Source: Amoebophrya sp. A120
Taxonomy: Eukaryota; Protista; Dinoflagellata
Length of the DNA: 61,100 nucleotides
Reading direction: 5' to 3'
Assembly: GCA_905178155.1 (NCBI GenBank)
Contig: CAJINV010000015.1
Span: 1,112,142-1,173,241 of the forward strand
This document shows, piece by piece, positions 1 to 12,866 of the stretch. The position numbers and the translations under genes are program-made. The notes below the pieces were generated by a model. It was given only the letters and a program-made list of their open reading frames with translations, was not told the origin of the DNA and did no database searches. Within the stretch, counting starts at the first letter, position 1. Every line of letters begins with the position of its first letter.

Positions 1-2527
1 TCTCCACCAGCTCGGTAGAAATGCCCTGAAGAGGCATTTCCGGCTGGGATGCGCTGCGGATGCGTTTTCAATGTGCTTCCCGCTGGGCTTCCTTGCAGCT
101 GGAAACGCACTGCGGCACGACAGCAGAGGCAGTGTCTTTCTCAGTTGATACCGAAAACGCCTGCGCGCCATCGCGGCAGGTGAACTCTGTGAAAAATGTT
201 CCTTCTAGCGCAAGTTTGCGATGTCACACCCAGCGGGCGAAGCTATTCGAATCTCGTACAATTTCTATACCCCCTTCCCCTCTTCCTCCACAAAAAATCG
301 CAGGTTTTCCAACAGACACAGCTCCGGGAGTGGATTATGGATTGCAAAAGTATCGCACTCGTCCTAATGGCGTTTATGCATTACTTTTTTTGAAGGGAAA
401 TCCGAATTACAAATTTCATTTGTAATGCTAATGCAATTATTGAATCTGGAACAGTACCTAGTAAGTACGATGCTTTTGCCCTGCATATGGATCTATCTTC
501 TCCAATTCACCCACTGCAGAGGGCACGAATGTCACGGTTTTCAGGAGTCCCTCCGCTTTCAGCAGTTTTTCCAAGCACCCAACTACCGGCTTCAGTGAAA
601 ATTTGGACTCAAGTATGCATTTTTGCAAAAAATATCGATCTGAGTCAGGAAACGTGCAACACTTGGCATAGTGCAACACTTGTACTTTATGCTCATTTTG
701 ATTTTGTATGAGGACCTCCCATGATGTCTTCTCTGTGTTCTGTCGTGTCTAGCATCACAGATTTTTTCAAGGATTTTTACTTATCCGGGATGAGAATAAA
801 TACTTAACACCCTCTTCTACTTCGCGTAAAAGAACCTGGACTATCTCGTCACGCCCTTGCAGCAGCAGCTCATGCAATACAAATTCTTTCAGAATGATCT
901 TCCAAAGGCAGCATCACAACTACTCCCACATTTCCAGACTGAGATATATATTTGCAGTTGATACGGAGTGAATCGAAACGAAAAATGAAAAGCATCGCCC
1001 TTCCGTCCCGAAAATATTAACTACTTCCGAAGATGCTTCTAAAACAGAACCAAGAGGAACGCTGTCAGAACATATCAACTTCTACAACGAGGCAGTGCCG
1101 CTGCGCCCTTCGGTATTTTTCAAGTTGTCGCACGATAATAAATTTCGGATCTCTCGTCCGCCGGCCTGGCAGGAGAACAACCGCCAGGCGTCTCCGCTGG
1201 GTTAATGATCCACATGAAATATTATGCAGCCATGCTTTATATATCATTGCCGTCTACTTATGGGACGGAAGGGCGGCCAAATATTCTTTCCCTCTGATAG
1301 ACCGTACCGTCCGGGCGGCCAAGGTGGGACATGAGAATCAAGGCCTTCGGTTTCTGGTTCTATCAAATGCAAATATGTCTGGGTCTGGAAACTTGTGACG
1401 CCAAAATGTGCATGATGGAAACACTTCCGAATGCAGCCCAACATGACAACTTTCCGGAGCGCTTTCTCATAGGCAGTCCGCATGAGAAATTACGTTTTTG
1501 CATGACAAAAGAGGCTGCGGCTTTTGTCGGTTATGCAATACAGATTGAGATTTCCCAGGAATGTAAAGCTAGCATTACATCGGAGGTCTAAGGGCAGTCC
1601 GTCCCTGTGCCTTTTCTAGGCCTACTAAAGCCAGTAAATCGACTAAGCTTCTACTTACTTGGAAACTGCTGGAAGGAAAACTACAGCGCTTACTAGTGCT
1701 ACTTAAAAAGCGTTTGTGTGTAAGTATGGAGCTAATTACTACAGGCCTTTCGTAAGAGCGGTAGCGGTAGAAGCAGACGAGGCTGGCGCGCGAAAAGGCT
1801 GGCACAACGTGCAACACGGGACCGGGCCCATGCTGCGCGAAGGCGTAGACAAGCAGCGAGCGTCTACGAGGCAGGTCGAACATGATGCACGGCCCTGGAG
1901 GTCCTTATGCATGTGGAGACGAAGCACAGGGGAGGGGCCTCAAGCGAGGCCACTGCTGTGCTAATCCGGACCGATTCAACAACCACAAAAGCTGCTGCGT
2001 CTCCCAGAGGCATACAGGTGCTCCGGCACACGAGAGCTGCGTCCACCCAAACCAGCAACCAGGGCGGCGCCTCCACCTGGTTTGGGAGCTCTCGTATGCA
2101 AGCATCATTACAAGTTCCAACTTTCCAGACCCAGACACTTTTGCAATCCATAGGTTCAGGATAGACACGATGGTCGGTAGGGCGGCCTTCACCCGGGTTT
2201 CGTCTTTCACCGTGGAGTTGGTTTCCTTATCCAGTGGCACATTGAAATCCACACGCATCATATGCAAGGAAAAAACTGTGTGGTCTTGCAGATGTTGCAC
2301 TACAGTTACTTCTGTCATACTGGATATGCATCAGAGGCTATTTTCCTACGTGTCTTCGCGTACTAGCTACGCATGGCAGGTTTTCTCTGTCATGCAAAAC
2401 AAATCTGTAATGCTGTTCCTGCAAAAAAGTTACACTTACACACTTTTTTTCTTGGATACATCAGAACCCGCTTCCCGGCAATTTGGTCCGGCTTCAGATC
2501 CAACAAACCCAGCTTGGACGACAACAT
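1..2527 (-). CDS. PGK: Phosphoglycerate kinase, 5' part (runs off left edge), split by 5 introners
   Basis: Rejoined: MLSSKLGLLDLKPDQIAGKRVLM|RVDFNVPLD...AALPTIVSILN|QKPKALILMSHLGRPDG..SKFSLKPV...IDP|LPELCLLENLRFFVEEEGKG; PGK motifs RVDFNVP, SHLGRP, LLENLRF. Confidence 0.95.
336..487. mobile_element. Introner family B
   Basis: TAT..ATA TIR (TGCAAAAGTATCG), TSD TGGAT. Confidence 0.9.
614..963. mobile_element. Introner family A, degenerate
   Basis: Decayed TIR, TSD TCAAG/CGGAG. Confidence 0.7.
971..1299. mobile_element. Introner family C-like, degenerate
   Basis: Inverted CGCCCTTCCGTCCC near both ends, TSD GAGTG/GACCG. Confidence 0.65.
1361..2152. mobile_element. Introner family A with nested 526-bp insert
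   Basis: TIR TATCAAATGCAAATATGTCTGGGTCTGGAA, TSD GGTTC. Confidence 0.9.
1580..2105. mobile_element. Nested unclassified insertion
   Basis: Absent from sister element 60601-60853; flanked by CATTACA duplication. Confidence 0.65.
2261..2458. mobile_element. Introner family F
   Basis: TIR TATGCAAGGAAAAAA, TSD CATCA. Confidence 0.9.
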
Positions 2528-3646
2528 TTTGGGTTGTGTTTGTCTTTTTTCGTAGTAGAAAGTCTGTAAATATATTCCAAACGCAATACTTCTTAAATTC
2601 GTAGTGGTACAACAGGTGTCGTGTATTGTTTTTTTGTTTTGACTTGCTTGCTTCTACTATTACCGGTTGGAAATGGAATTGTTTTTGGCGGTATGTAGTT
2701 GCGCCGTCGTAAAACGAGAGTCGATAAAAATTAGTCGCGTCCTCGTGGTCCGAGATAGATTATAACTCAAAAAAAAAGCACATAAAGCTTGTTGCTGTGA
2801 TGTTCACAGAATAAGGAAGCCAATCTGATGGCGTGCTTGTTCTATCCGTCTTGTGCAAGCCCTTTGATTTTGTGCGGCAGCAACGAACAGGTTGCTCTAC
2901 TTCAGATGACGCGCGCGAACTATTGTCGCCTGTCGTGCTGTCGACAACTTCATCTACCAGCACCATGCGAGCAACGTCTAGGGCTCTTGGTCTACTTCTT
3001 TGTGTGAACAAAGTTGTCTTGCCAACAAGTTGTGGAACAATTGTCGGTCCAACATACCAAACGTCGGATCTTTATTTCTTCCTCACGTACATGAAAATCA
3101 GTATCAACATCATCATCTTCAAAAAGGATCTTGATCTTCTGGCAGCACTTGTGTGCCCCGTGATTCCGGATCGATCATCACCCTTGGTTTTGAAGGGAAA
3201 AGGTGTTCTCGACCATAAAAAAATACCGACGTGGTCGCCAAGCCGAGAAAAATTCTCTCGAGGTGTACTAGGTGACTACGAACAACAATTATAGGTTTAT
3301 CGGTCCCGTTGTTACCAACAGGAAAAGTGCAAGACATTATTTTGTCAATCGAAACGCTCGGTATCTTTTGTTTTTTTTTATGTCTATTCGCTTTTTTCTT
3401 TTGTGACCTGAGTATTCGAAATTATTTCAGCAGGCGAGGGTGCCTGAATGGGTCTGGTGGTCTTTTGCGTTGGGTAAAACATACGGCTTCAGCCGTTTGC
3501 AACAGTTGTTTCATCTTTCTGAATATTGTAAAGAGTAAAGTAGCCGTGACGCTTCCACCACAGGACTCTATCGGTTGCCTCCATTATTTCCAGAATGTAC
3601 TTACTAGTACCCAACCGGTACTACGGGGCCGCACTAGGAGCGTCCG

Positions 3647-6600
3647 TTATTCTTCCTGCTCCGCGACACTTGGCTCCGCATGGTGGTCTTCCTCCGAGTT
3701 TGGTTGCTCGTGCAGTTCAACGTCCTCTCCAAAGAAACGGTGGTCGTCGAGGTTCTTCAGTAATTCGGGATCGTCCTGAAGATCCTCCTGCTCCTTCAGT
3801 AATTTAGGAATTGAAAGAGTTAAGGTTTTGGTCAAGGTTTTGCTTTGCGATTTTTCATTTTTTTTCTCTTCGTTCTGAATGGAAAGGGAAGGCGCAGACC
3901 ATCCAGCCGAAGGAGCCCGCTGCGCCGATATCAACATCTTGGCCGGTATCCAGACCAGCAGAAGTCGGTCAAAATGGGGGCCGCGCGCTTGCTGCTTCCA
4001 ACCTCTCCCCCGGGTGAATACGATGAAGCCGCGGCGGCATTTTTCTCGGCTTCTGCTGACCTGGACTGCTGGCCAACATATTAGCCTCGATACCTCCCCA
4101 GAAGAACCCCAGACACATGCCATCCGCCGCGAGGTATTTGGGGCGCCGGGCTGCTGGCCCGGCTTCCCCGCCCCCAGATCTCATCCCGCGGTGGCGCGTA
4201 GCGGGGTCCGGGGGAAGAGGCTGCGCAGCTGCGGGCTTCGTCCGGAGAAAAAGTAAGTTTTTGCTTCGATTGCGGTAAGCCTTTTCGGGGCAAAACCCGG
4301 ACCAAAACCCTGCCGCTTTGGCGGCAGCCATCACAGGGACAAGCATCCCCGTCGTTGGCCGTTAGGGTGCTCTACCTCTGCCTCCTCCCGTCGTCCCGCA
4401 AGATTGCGGAACGAGATCCGGGGGCAGAGAAGCCGGGCGCCCTGCCATTTGCTCCAGGTGGCTTGCACGACAAAGCAGGCCGCCTCGACACGATATGGGC
4501 GAACATATCGGGTCAGTTCGGCTCCAGATTTTCGGCCACAAGATGAAGCACAAAGCGAAAGCAAGGGCTTGCTTTTCTAGATCGGGGGAGGCTCCCGGAC
4601 AAAGTAAGTCTTTGCGTCCATGTCCGTGAGCCTCTTCTGAGCAAAACCCTGGCCAAAGCCTTGCCGCTTTGGCGGCAGCCACTACAGAGACGAGCATCTC
4701 TGTGGTTGGCCAGGAAAGTGCTCTACCTTTGCCTCCGGACGGCGTCCCGCAAGATAGTGGAACGAGATCCGGAGGCAGAGCAACCGGGCGCCCTGTCACT
4801 TGCCCCAAGTAATTTGCAAGGCCAGGCCGCTTGCCTGGACACGATATGGGCGAACATACCCGCCCAGAACAACTCCACACTTTTGGCCACAAAAAGGAGA
4901 CCAAAGCGAAAGCAAAACCTTATATATTTTTTTAGCCCGGGGGAAGCTCCCGGAAACAATAAGGTTTTGCTTTTATTTCGATGAACATTTTCGGAGCAAA
5001 ACCCTGAGCAAAACCTTGCCGCCTTGACGACAGCCACCACAGAGACAAAAGCCTCTGTGGTTGGCCAGGAAGGTGCTCTACCTCTGCCTCCGAACCTCGT
5101 CCGGCTGGATTGCGGAACGAGATCCGGAGGCAGAAAAGCCGGGCAGCCTGCTCCGTGTACCAAGTAACGCGCGAGGCGAGGCGGCTTGCCTGGCCTAGAT
5201 CTCGAGGGAAATGCTGACCCACAAATCAGCCAGCGCGCGCTCGTCAGAATTGTGGCGACACCTCGCAAACAATTTGGATCGGCATCAAGGTAGACGGGCC
5301 TTCAGCTCTGAAGGCCCGGCGGCTTTGGTTTTGCCAGCCAGACGAAATACGAACCAAGGCACCACCTGGACAACTGCCGGGCGGTGCGAAGAGGGACAAA
5401 GGCGGGGGCTGCGACATCTATGAAACCACGAACCAAAACCCTGATGTAAACCTTAATTTTTTCAACCCTTAAGTAATTCGGGATCGTCCTGAAGATCCTC
5501 CTGCTCCTTGTCCTTCGTCAGCATCCTGTCAACTACATCTCGGTCGTCTACTTCAGGGGCAGCCCCCTCTGCAGCTTCTCCTGCTTCACCCCCGAGAGCG
5601 AGACGAGTGTCCACCATTATTTGCTGCCCAGACGAGAGATATTCATCGCCAAGCTCTTCGCCCACCTGGTCGCGCGGACCTGGTTGTGCCGCTTGATGTA
5701 ATTGTAGTACCTCTCGTGCGTCATCGATCTGCTCGTCCTGCTGCTTCGGTCCGTCGGGCCGCAGGAGCTCCCTCCTCTCCTCGGCGTGGTGGTCTTGTTC
5801 TACTTTGATGGTAGGACCACCGTCGGCATCCATCTGCTGGTGCTGGAAAACATCGTCTTCCTGCTCCCGTAGCTCATCTTCGCGTATCGCTTCGACCGCC
5901 GCAGGGTGAGGTTCGACATCCTCCTCGTCAAAACCATCCTCGACCTATGCATTGCAAATATCGGTCTGGGTCTGGAAAACTGTGATGCATGGCGAGGAGT
6001 AAGAAGCACAGTGTAATGCACCGTCAGGCATGACAAACTTTTGTGCGGCTAGGCTACGTGCTGCATGTTCCGCATGACATCAAACTGCGTTTTCGCATGA
6101 CCACAGGTCGGACTCGGAGGACCTATTGCTAGCCACGCATTACAGTGCATTTACTTGTGCCCGACGAGCATGACAGATCTCGCAATCTTCCAGGCCCCGA
6201 TCGATATTTGCATTTGATACGTCCACGGGAAGCATCATGTCCCCAACGTCGAGCATCATTTCCGCCCCGTCCTTTGATCCGAGATGCTCCGGCTCTTCAT
6301 CCTCCATCAGAATGTCTTCGCCCGGTACTCCTGCAGCTGCATCCTCATCCCCGCCACCTCGCTCTTCATCCTGATCACCTGGGTGATCCTCGCCGTGGTC
6401 ATTTTCCTCGTCTGTGTTGTGGCCAGCACTGCTTGTGCCCGGCCGGTCCCACCGACACTCGTGCGTTTCGTCGTGGTAGTAGGCAATCTCGCCCTCGGGC
6501 GTGCGATACCGTCGCCAACCAGCGGGCAGGGGATCCAGCTTCGGACGGTCCCACGTGGTCTCCTTTGTCTCACTGTTGTAATACCTGGGGAGGACAAGCA

Positions 6601-7547
6601 AAAGGAGCGATTTCAAGTCCAAAGAAAAATCTTGATCAAGTACAAAGCTGTAAATCTCTTCATCTATATTCGAGAAAGAAAGAAACGCGTAACACGTATA
6701 CCAGGTAGTAAATGTAAACTTGAGTAGAGGACAGAACATAATAAAGCCACTCATTCACTTCCTGCTCTTGCTGCGTAGATAGATGAAATAACGCACACGA
6801 CTACGACGTCGAGGTCGACCATCAAATCCTTGTTCTAATCAAAAAATCTATCGTACGCGGTATGTCCCTCGGTTTCGTAGCTGATCCACTGGTATGAATC
6901 GCAAAAGCATCGTAATCGTACCGGTACGTAGTCGTAGTGATTGCATGAATACAAACGAGCACATCCTGACGAATGGAATTTTTTTCATGCTGATTTAGCC
7001 AGCGAAGGAGATAATTTGTCATGCCTGCTTGCGACTATCCATCGCACGAGTTCGATACTTTTGCATCGGATAACTGGGGCGGCAGGGGTGCGGACTCCGA
7101 GTCCTCGTCGTCCAAAAAGTCGAGATCCTGACTCGACCCCTCCAGACTCGAATTGTCATTCACAAGAACACCGGCGGCGGGACCGCCGGCGTTGCTCGTG
7201 TTTGCGACCGTCGTGGTTCCAGCAGCCGCTGCTGCTGTTCCAGCGCTCTTGTTCAACCCCGCCCCACCTCCTGCCTGTTGTAGCTGCTTCGCCCCCGCGG
7301 CCCCGTGTTGCTTCGTGCCGACAGCTCCAGCCGAGGAGGCGTTGAAATAACTAGAAGAAGTATTGGACCCTCGTCGTGCTGCAGCTCCCGCCGTTCCGGT
7401 ACCGTAATTCTTCTTAAAAGCGGCCTGACCAGACGTCGCTGCGGTTTTATTCAACATCTTTGTCGCGGCCCCGTTTTCGTCTTGGTTCATCGCGGCCTTC
7501 TGCTGGTTTTGTTTCGCCATCGCCATGAAAGCCCCAAACGAACCCAT
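3647..7547 (-). CDS. Tandem WW-domain protein A with acidic C-terminus (5' end may extend past a GT-AG intron near 7585-7781)
   Basis: Rejoined LPPQ|WISYETEGHTA|YYNSETKETTWDRPKLDPLPAGWRRYRTPEGEIAYYHDETHECRWDRP; 2 introners, GT-AG intron 6585-6856, TIR insertion 3805-5471. Confidence 0.8.
3805..5471. mobile_element. 1.67-kb non-autonomous TIR element with ~350-bp internal repeats
   Basis: Ends TAGGAATTGAAAGAGTTAAGGTTT / rc TAAGGGTTGAAAAAATTAAGGTTT; 7-bp TSD AGTAATT. Confidence 0.75.
5946..6219. mobile_element. Introner family A
   Basis: TSD CGACC/CGTCC. Confidence 0.85.
6893..7072. mobile_element. Introner family B
   Basis: TSD ACTGG. Confidence 0.85.
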
Positions 7548-8385
7548 GCCGCCCTTTTTCGTCGGGGCCGCGGGACGGTGTAGCTGTGATAAGAAATGTA
7601 GTTTCGAGAAAAATTGAAATCATGCAGGGATGCTGGGACGACCACCACGTCGAGGTGACTTTATCGTTATCTGGGAAAGAACAGTTGTCCAGCAACGTAT
7701 CTATTATACATAGTCAGTGGGTGCTGGTGCTAGTTTCATGTATAAGGAAACAGAAGTTTTGAGTTAGTAGTAAATACTTACCCTGGGTTCGACCACGTTT
7801 CCTCCTCGTCCCCCGCTACGGTTGTTGTTGGCGTTCCTGGGCGGTAGCCTCGCCGGCGGTGCGGGATTTATCAAACAGAAAAGCTTGTTCTCCCTGTAGT
7901 CCCCTTTGAAGATGGTGTTTTACTTCTTGCAGTCTGTCATGCAGTCGGGCAATGCAAATGCATGAGCGATGAAAGACTTCTAAAAATAAATGATTTTCGC
8001 GTGGTAAAGCCGTGTGCCACAAAAATGAAACGTGGCTAACTAGAATGGTACTTATATTACATACATACAACTCCGTCACTCTCACTCGTCAGCACATGAC
8101 AAACACAGGCCGCCCGTGTGAACAACTACAAGGGGAACTAAAGAGGTTTTTTGAAAATTTCATACGGGCATTCCGTCCACTCCCGCCGCCGCGCCTTTTT
8201 CATTTTTTTTTCGAATAAATTTCAATCTTTTTCTTTTCCGTGCATCTTCATCCTATCCACATTCATCAATCCATACATAACAACATCAGAAGAACCTTTC
8301 TAGGCACAACGAAAAAATGAAGTCAGAAGTTGAGTGCAGCAGCTGCGTCTCGGCCAAGCTTCACCTATGGTGACTGCGGAATAGA

Positions 8386-11300
8386 TCATGGATGTCGTAG
8401 GGCTTCTAGTGGCATCAAGAAGATGCAAGTGGTATTATTTCCTAAACAAGAACTAGTATACCTGTTATTATCCCGGCCTCGATTTCTGCTGCCGTCCCGT
8501 CGCCGCGTTCGGTCGCGGTCTCTGCTTCTGTTATCAAATGCAAATATGTCTGGGTCTGGAAGAGTGGAAGATTTGTCATGCAGGTTTTTCATGATCCATG
8601 AGGTCTGTAATGCATGGTCTAGCATCACAGATTTTGCGAGGGCTTCCTGATCGATGCCTGTTCCGCATGAGAAACTAACGCCCTCTCGCCGTGGCAAAAA
8701 CTAACTGGACTCCCATTGCTGGTCATGCATTACAGATTTTTTTCGAATCCGAAGACAGCATCACAAGTTACAACCTTCCAGACCCAGACATTTTTGCATT
8801 TGATATCTGTCCCGGTCCCGCGATGATCGGCGGCGTCGGTCGCGGGGCGCCGGTCCACGACTGTCGTTTCGCTTATTTCCCTGCTGGTTCAACGTATTGT
8901 CCCTGTTGCTGTTTATGCATTGCAAATATGTCTGGGTCTGGAAGATTCTAAACTTGTAATGCTGTCTCTGGATTCTAAAAGAATTTGTAATGCATGACCA
9001 GCAAGAGGACTCCAGTTTGTGCTAAGCCGAGAGGGCATTTCTCATGTGGTAGAGGCATCGCAAAGTCCCCTAAAAATCTGTGATGCTAGGGCATGCATCA
9101 CAGACATCGTGGGTCATTCATAACATGCATGACAAACCTGGCAATCTTCCAGACCCAGACATTTTTGCAGTTGATACTGTTTCGATTACTGCGATTCCCG
9201 CGGCCGCTGTTCGGCGGATGATCTGCAGCTGTTCCCACCCCTATGCAAGAAAAAAAGGTTGTTGGTGTAAATTTGTGATGCGCAACATGCAAATTGATTG
9301 AGCCTGTAATGCTGTGCCTGCATTGCAGGACCCATTCAACGGCGTTTTCCCGTACTATCTGCGCATGACAGGTTTTTGCTGTCACGCGAGAGATATTTGT
9401 CATGCTAATCCTCCAAGAAAGTTACACCTACAATCTTTTTTTCCTGGATAAAAATCCCAGCATGATTGTTATTGTTCATCTTTCCTCCACCCCCTCCGGT
9501 GTTGTTTCTCATGGTACTAGTGCCTCGGGGATTTTTGTGATTATTGGCTCCGGCGAAGACTGCTCCCGTCGCTCCTGCTCCGGATTTGTAGTTCCCCTGC
9601 TGCTGTCCTGGCTGGTGTAGTTGCCCCCCTTTGTTCATCATCCTGGATGAAAAAGGGTTATTAACACTTGTCCCCGGGGCCTGACCGCCATTCCCTCCAC
9701 TTCCCACTCGCATCAGCCCGGCGGGAATGTTTTTCATCATGGAGAAGTCGATCGGTACAATCTTCGTGATCCCCACACTATGCAAGAAAAAAACTGTGTG
9801 TGTGTAAGTCTGTGACGCAGAGCATGCAACACAGTTACACTTCTTCATGCTGGGGGTCGTGCGTTATAGATACACAACAACTTCGTGCGTGTTTACAGTT
9901 ACACCACGTACTAACTGCGCATGACTGGTCAATTTTCTGTAAAATGCAAAGCGAATTTGTGATGCTGCTCTTCCTCCACAGTGACACTTTACACAGTTTT
10001 TTCGTGGATACACACCGGTTGGCAGGGGGACCTTGGAGGTAGTAGAAGTTGTAGACGTACTTCCTTGCTTGTTTACATAGTTCGTCATCTGCTTTTGTTT
10101 TCCGTCGTTTTGTTGAAAGGACCTGTTGTTTTGAAGATGCGCTGATGCCGTATGCCATGCAAAAGCATCGTACTAGTACAAATTGCATTACAAATTTTCT
10201 CAGCATGAGAAATGAAGTTTTTAATGCTGATTTGCCTTGACAAAGAAATTTGTAATGCAAGACCTGCATTTATACGAGTACGATACTTTTGCACAGGATA
10301 TGCCGCTTGTTGTTGCAACTGGTGCTGCGAAAAGGAAGCTCCCTTCTTGTTGCTTTTATAATTTGCGTATCAAATGTAAAAATGTCTGGGTCTGGAAACT
10401 TGTAATGCTAAAAGCGAACGATAGACGCGCTGCAATACGCAGCTATGCATGACAAATTTCTTGGCTGCCATGTGGTCTTACGTATTCTGCATGGCAAACT
10501 GCGTTTTTGCATGACAGGTAAGAGGGCACTTTCGTGCCTATGCAACACAGATTCTCGAGTCATGCCAGACATGCATGACAAACTTGCATTCTTCCAGACC
10601 CAGACATTTTTGCATTTGATATTGCGCCTCCGCCGCCGATTGTGCTGTTGTCATCTCCGTGGTTTATTTTCGTGGTCCCACGATCGTCGTGTTGGTCCCC
10701 ACGACCAGCTGCAGTATTAGACATCATCTTTCGCTCGGAGTACTTCGTGCGCACTATCGGGCCTGCGGTGTTCGACATCGCCGCTGGCTTCGTGTTCATC
10801 TTGCCACCACCAGTCGTTGTTGTGGTACCACAGCCGGATGGTGGAGGCCCGCCTTGATGACTTTCTCCTGGAGCGATCAGACTCGCCAAAAATTCGTTCG
10901 TACTCTCTTCCAGCCGCTTGCTCCTTTGTTCCGCTGACATCGGTTGCGGGAATTGATGTGACGGGGTTTGCGTAGTTTGTTTCCCAAAGTTACTACCTTT
11001 ATTTCTAGCTCCTGTCGTGTTGTAAGTGCTACCTGATGTTGTTGCGTAGCTGCTGTTTCCCCCTTTCGTCGCCACTTGATAATGGTCGTGTTGTGGTCCA
11101 CCTTTGCCGCCAGCAACGCTATTTTTGTCGCCCTTCTTGTTGCTGCCCTTGCTTCCAGAACCGAAGAAGGAAGAGGCCCCTGTCGTCGTCGTGGAAGGGT
11201 GATCTCCTGCTACTGCGTGACCACCTTTATTATTCGCATGATGGGGAGGTGGTGGCCCGGCGCCCCCTTTATCAGTACTAGAACCGCCCGTTGTGGAGCC

Positions 11301-12866
11301 AGTTGTGCCCTTGTTTTTACCACCATGATTAGCGTTCCAGGCTGCAGACGCACTACCTGCGTGATCTTTCTGTTGAACGTCGTGCATGCCTCCTGATGAT
11401 GTTTTTATCTTCTGAGAGTCGTCCCAGCTGGTAGTATTTTGGCTGTTCTGCTGCTGCTGGCCATTTTTTCCGCCCGCTCCTGCGGACGAAAATGACGCTG
11501 ACGGCCCGCCGCTCCACTGCACATTATTCTTATCAAACGGCACTAACGGATTTACTTTCCCAGCACCGGCGGTTGAAGTTGTACTAGATGCGTTTTTGCT
11601 GTTCGCCGCACCACCCGGCCCGGCACCCGCGGACGTATTTTGAAACGAGGAGACTGGGTTGTTTCCCTTCCCGTTCCCCCCTTTGTTGTAGTTGTTCATA
11701 GTGTTCGAGGTACTTTTACTTCCATTATTGTAACTACTAGTACCTGGTGCTGCGCCGGAGGTGGACTTAGAAGTGTTCATTTGTTGTTCCCCTTTCATAT
11801 TATTACCGCCAGCACCGTAAGAACCTGAACTGCTGTAAGGCCCGGGCCGGTTGTTTTGTTGCTTGGATCCGGACCCCTTGTTGAAATTGCTCATTACATT
11901 CGGACTCGGATGCTGCTGGCTTTGATATTGATTATTGCTGGACGTCGGTCCTCCTGCAAATGAGGATTCCACACCAGCGGGCGGACTGCCGTGTAACAAC
12001 TGCGTCGCGGAGTACTTCGGTGGTGGAGCAGAGCCAGGCCCCCCTGCACCGCCGGGAGAGGGGTGCGGCTGCAGTGGGCCTTTTGATAGTACCGGACCCG
12101 AAGGAGCTGGAGCGCTGGTATTATTTGCGCTGTTATTCATCGTGCTCATGTTCATGTTCTTCCCCCCACCTGGTCCCCCGATGTTGGTACCAGCACTATC
12201 AGGTGCAAAAATGTCTGGGTCTGGAAGGTAGTTGGAGCTTGTGATGCTAACTTTGGGTTTGGACTCTAAAAAAATCTGCATTGCATGATCAGCGAGAGGA
12301 ATCTAGTTTGTGCTACGCGGGGAGGGCGTTTGTCATGCGGAATAGGCATCAGGAAGCCCTCTAAAAATCTGTGATGCTAGGTCATGCATTACAGACGTCC
12401 TGGGTCATGCAAAATATGCATGACAAACCCAGCAACATTCCAGACCCAAACATTTTTGCATTTGATAAGCACCGGGTCCCTGCAACTGCGCGATTTTGTC
12501 TAAACCGAAACCGGCGGCGCGTAGCGTCTCCAACGCCTTGGAAACTTCGTCTTGCGCCGGAAAAGTCGTTGTACCTCCAGACGTGGCGTTTTTCGAAGCA
12601 GAAGGGCCTTGTTGATGAACAAGATGTTGACCCGCTGTTCCGCCCTTGTTCACCGCCCCGAATGTTAAACCACCAGAATTTTTCTGCATCTTCGAATTAT
12701 TCTTATTTCCCTGCTGGTGCTGTGCGGTTCCCTGGTGCAGGAGGTGCGGCGGGGGCGGAACAAATTGCTGGTTGTTTTTACCCGAAGTTGTAGTACTAGA
12801 CACAGGCCCGGAAGATGCCGGGCCGCCCCAATTGTCGCGGTTCCACGACATGTTGACAATTGACAC
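8386..12866 (-). CDS. Large G/S/N/Q-rich low-complexity protein with RD/RS-rich tail, 7 introners
   Basis: ORFs 12405-12866, 10560-12281, 9405-9848 and small exons join in frame at all 7 junctions after removing element+5 nt; ends uncertain. Confidence 0.7.
8532..8805. mobile_element. Introner family A
   Basis: ~30-bp TIR, TSD TCTGT. Confidence 0.92.
8914..9176. mobile_element. Introner family A
   Basis: TSD CTGTT. Confidence 0.92.
9242..9450. mobile_element. Introner family F, TSD decayed
   Basis: TIR intact; element+5 nt restores frame. Confidence 0.8.
9779..10010. mobile_element. Introner family F
   Basis: TSD CACAC. Confidence 0.9.
10151..10300. mobile_element. Introner family B
   Basis: TSD TGCCG. 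Confidence 0.92.
10368..10621. mobile_element. Introner family A
   Basis: TSD TTGCG. Confidence 0.92.
12197..12467. mobile_element. Introner family A
   Basis: TSD AGCAC. Confidence 0.92.
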
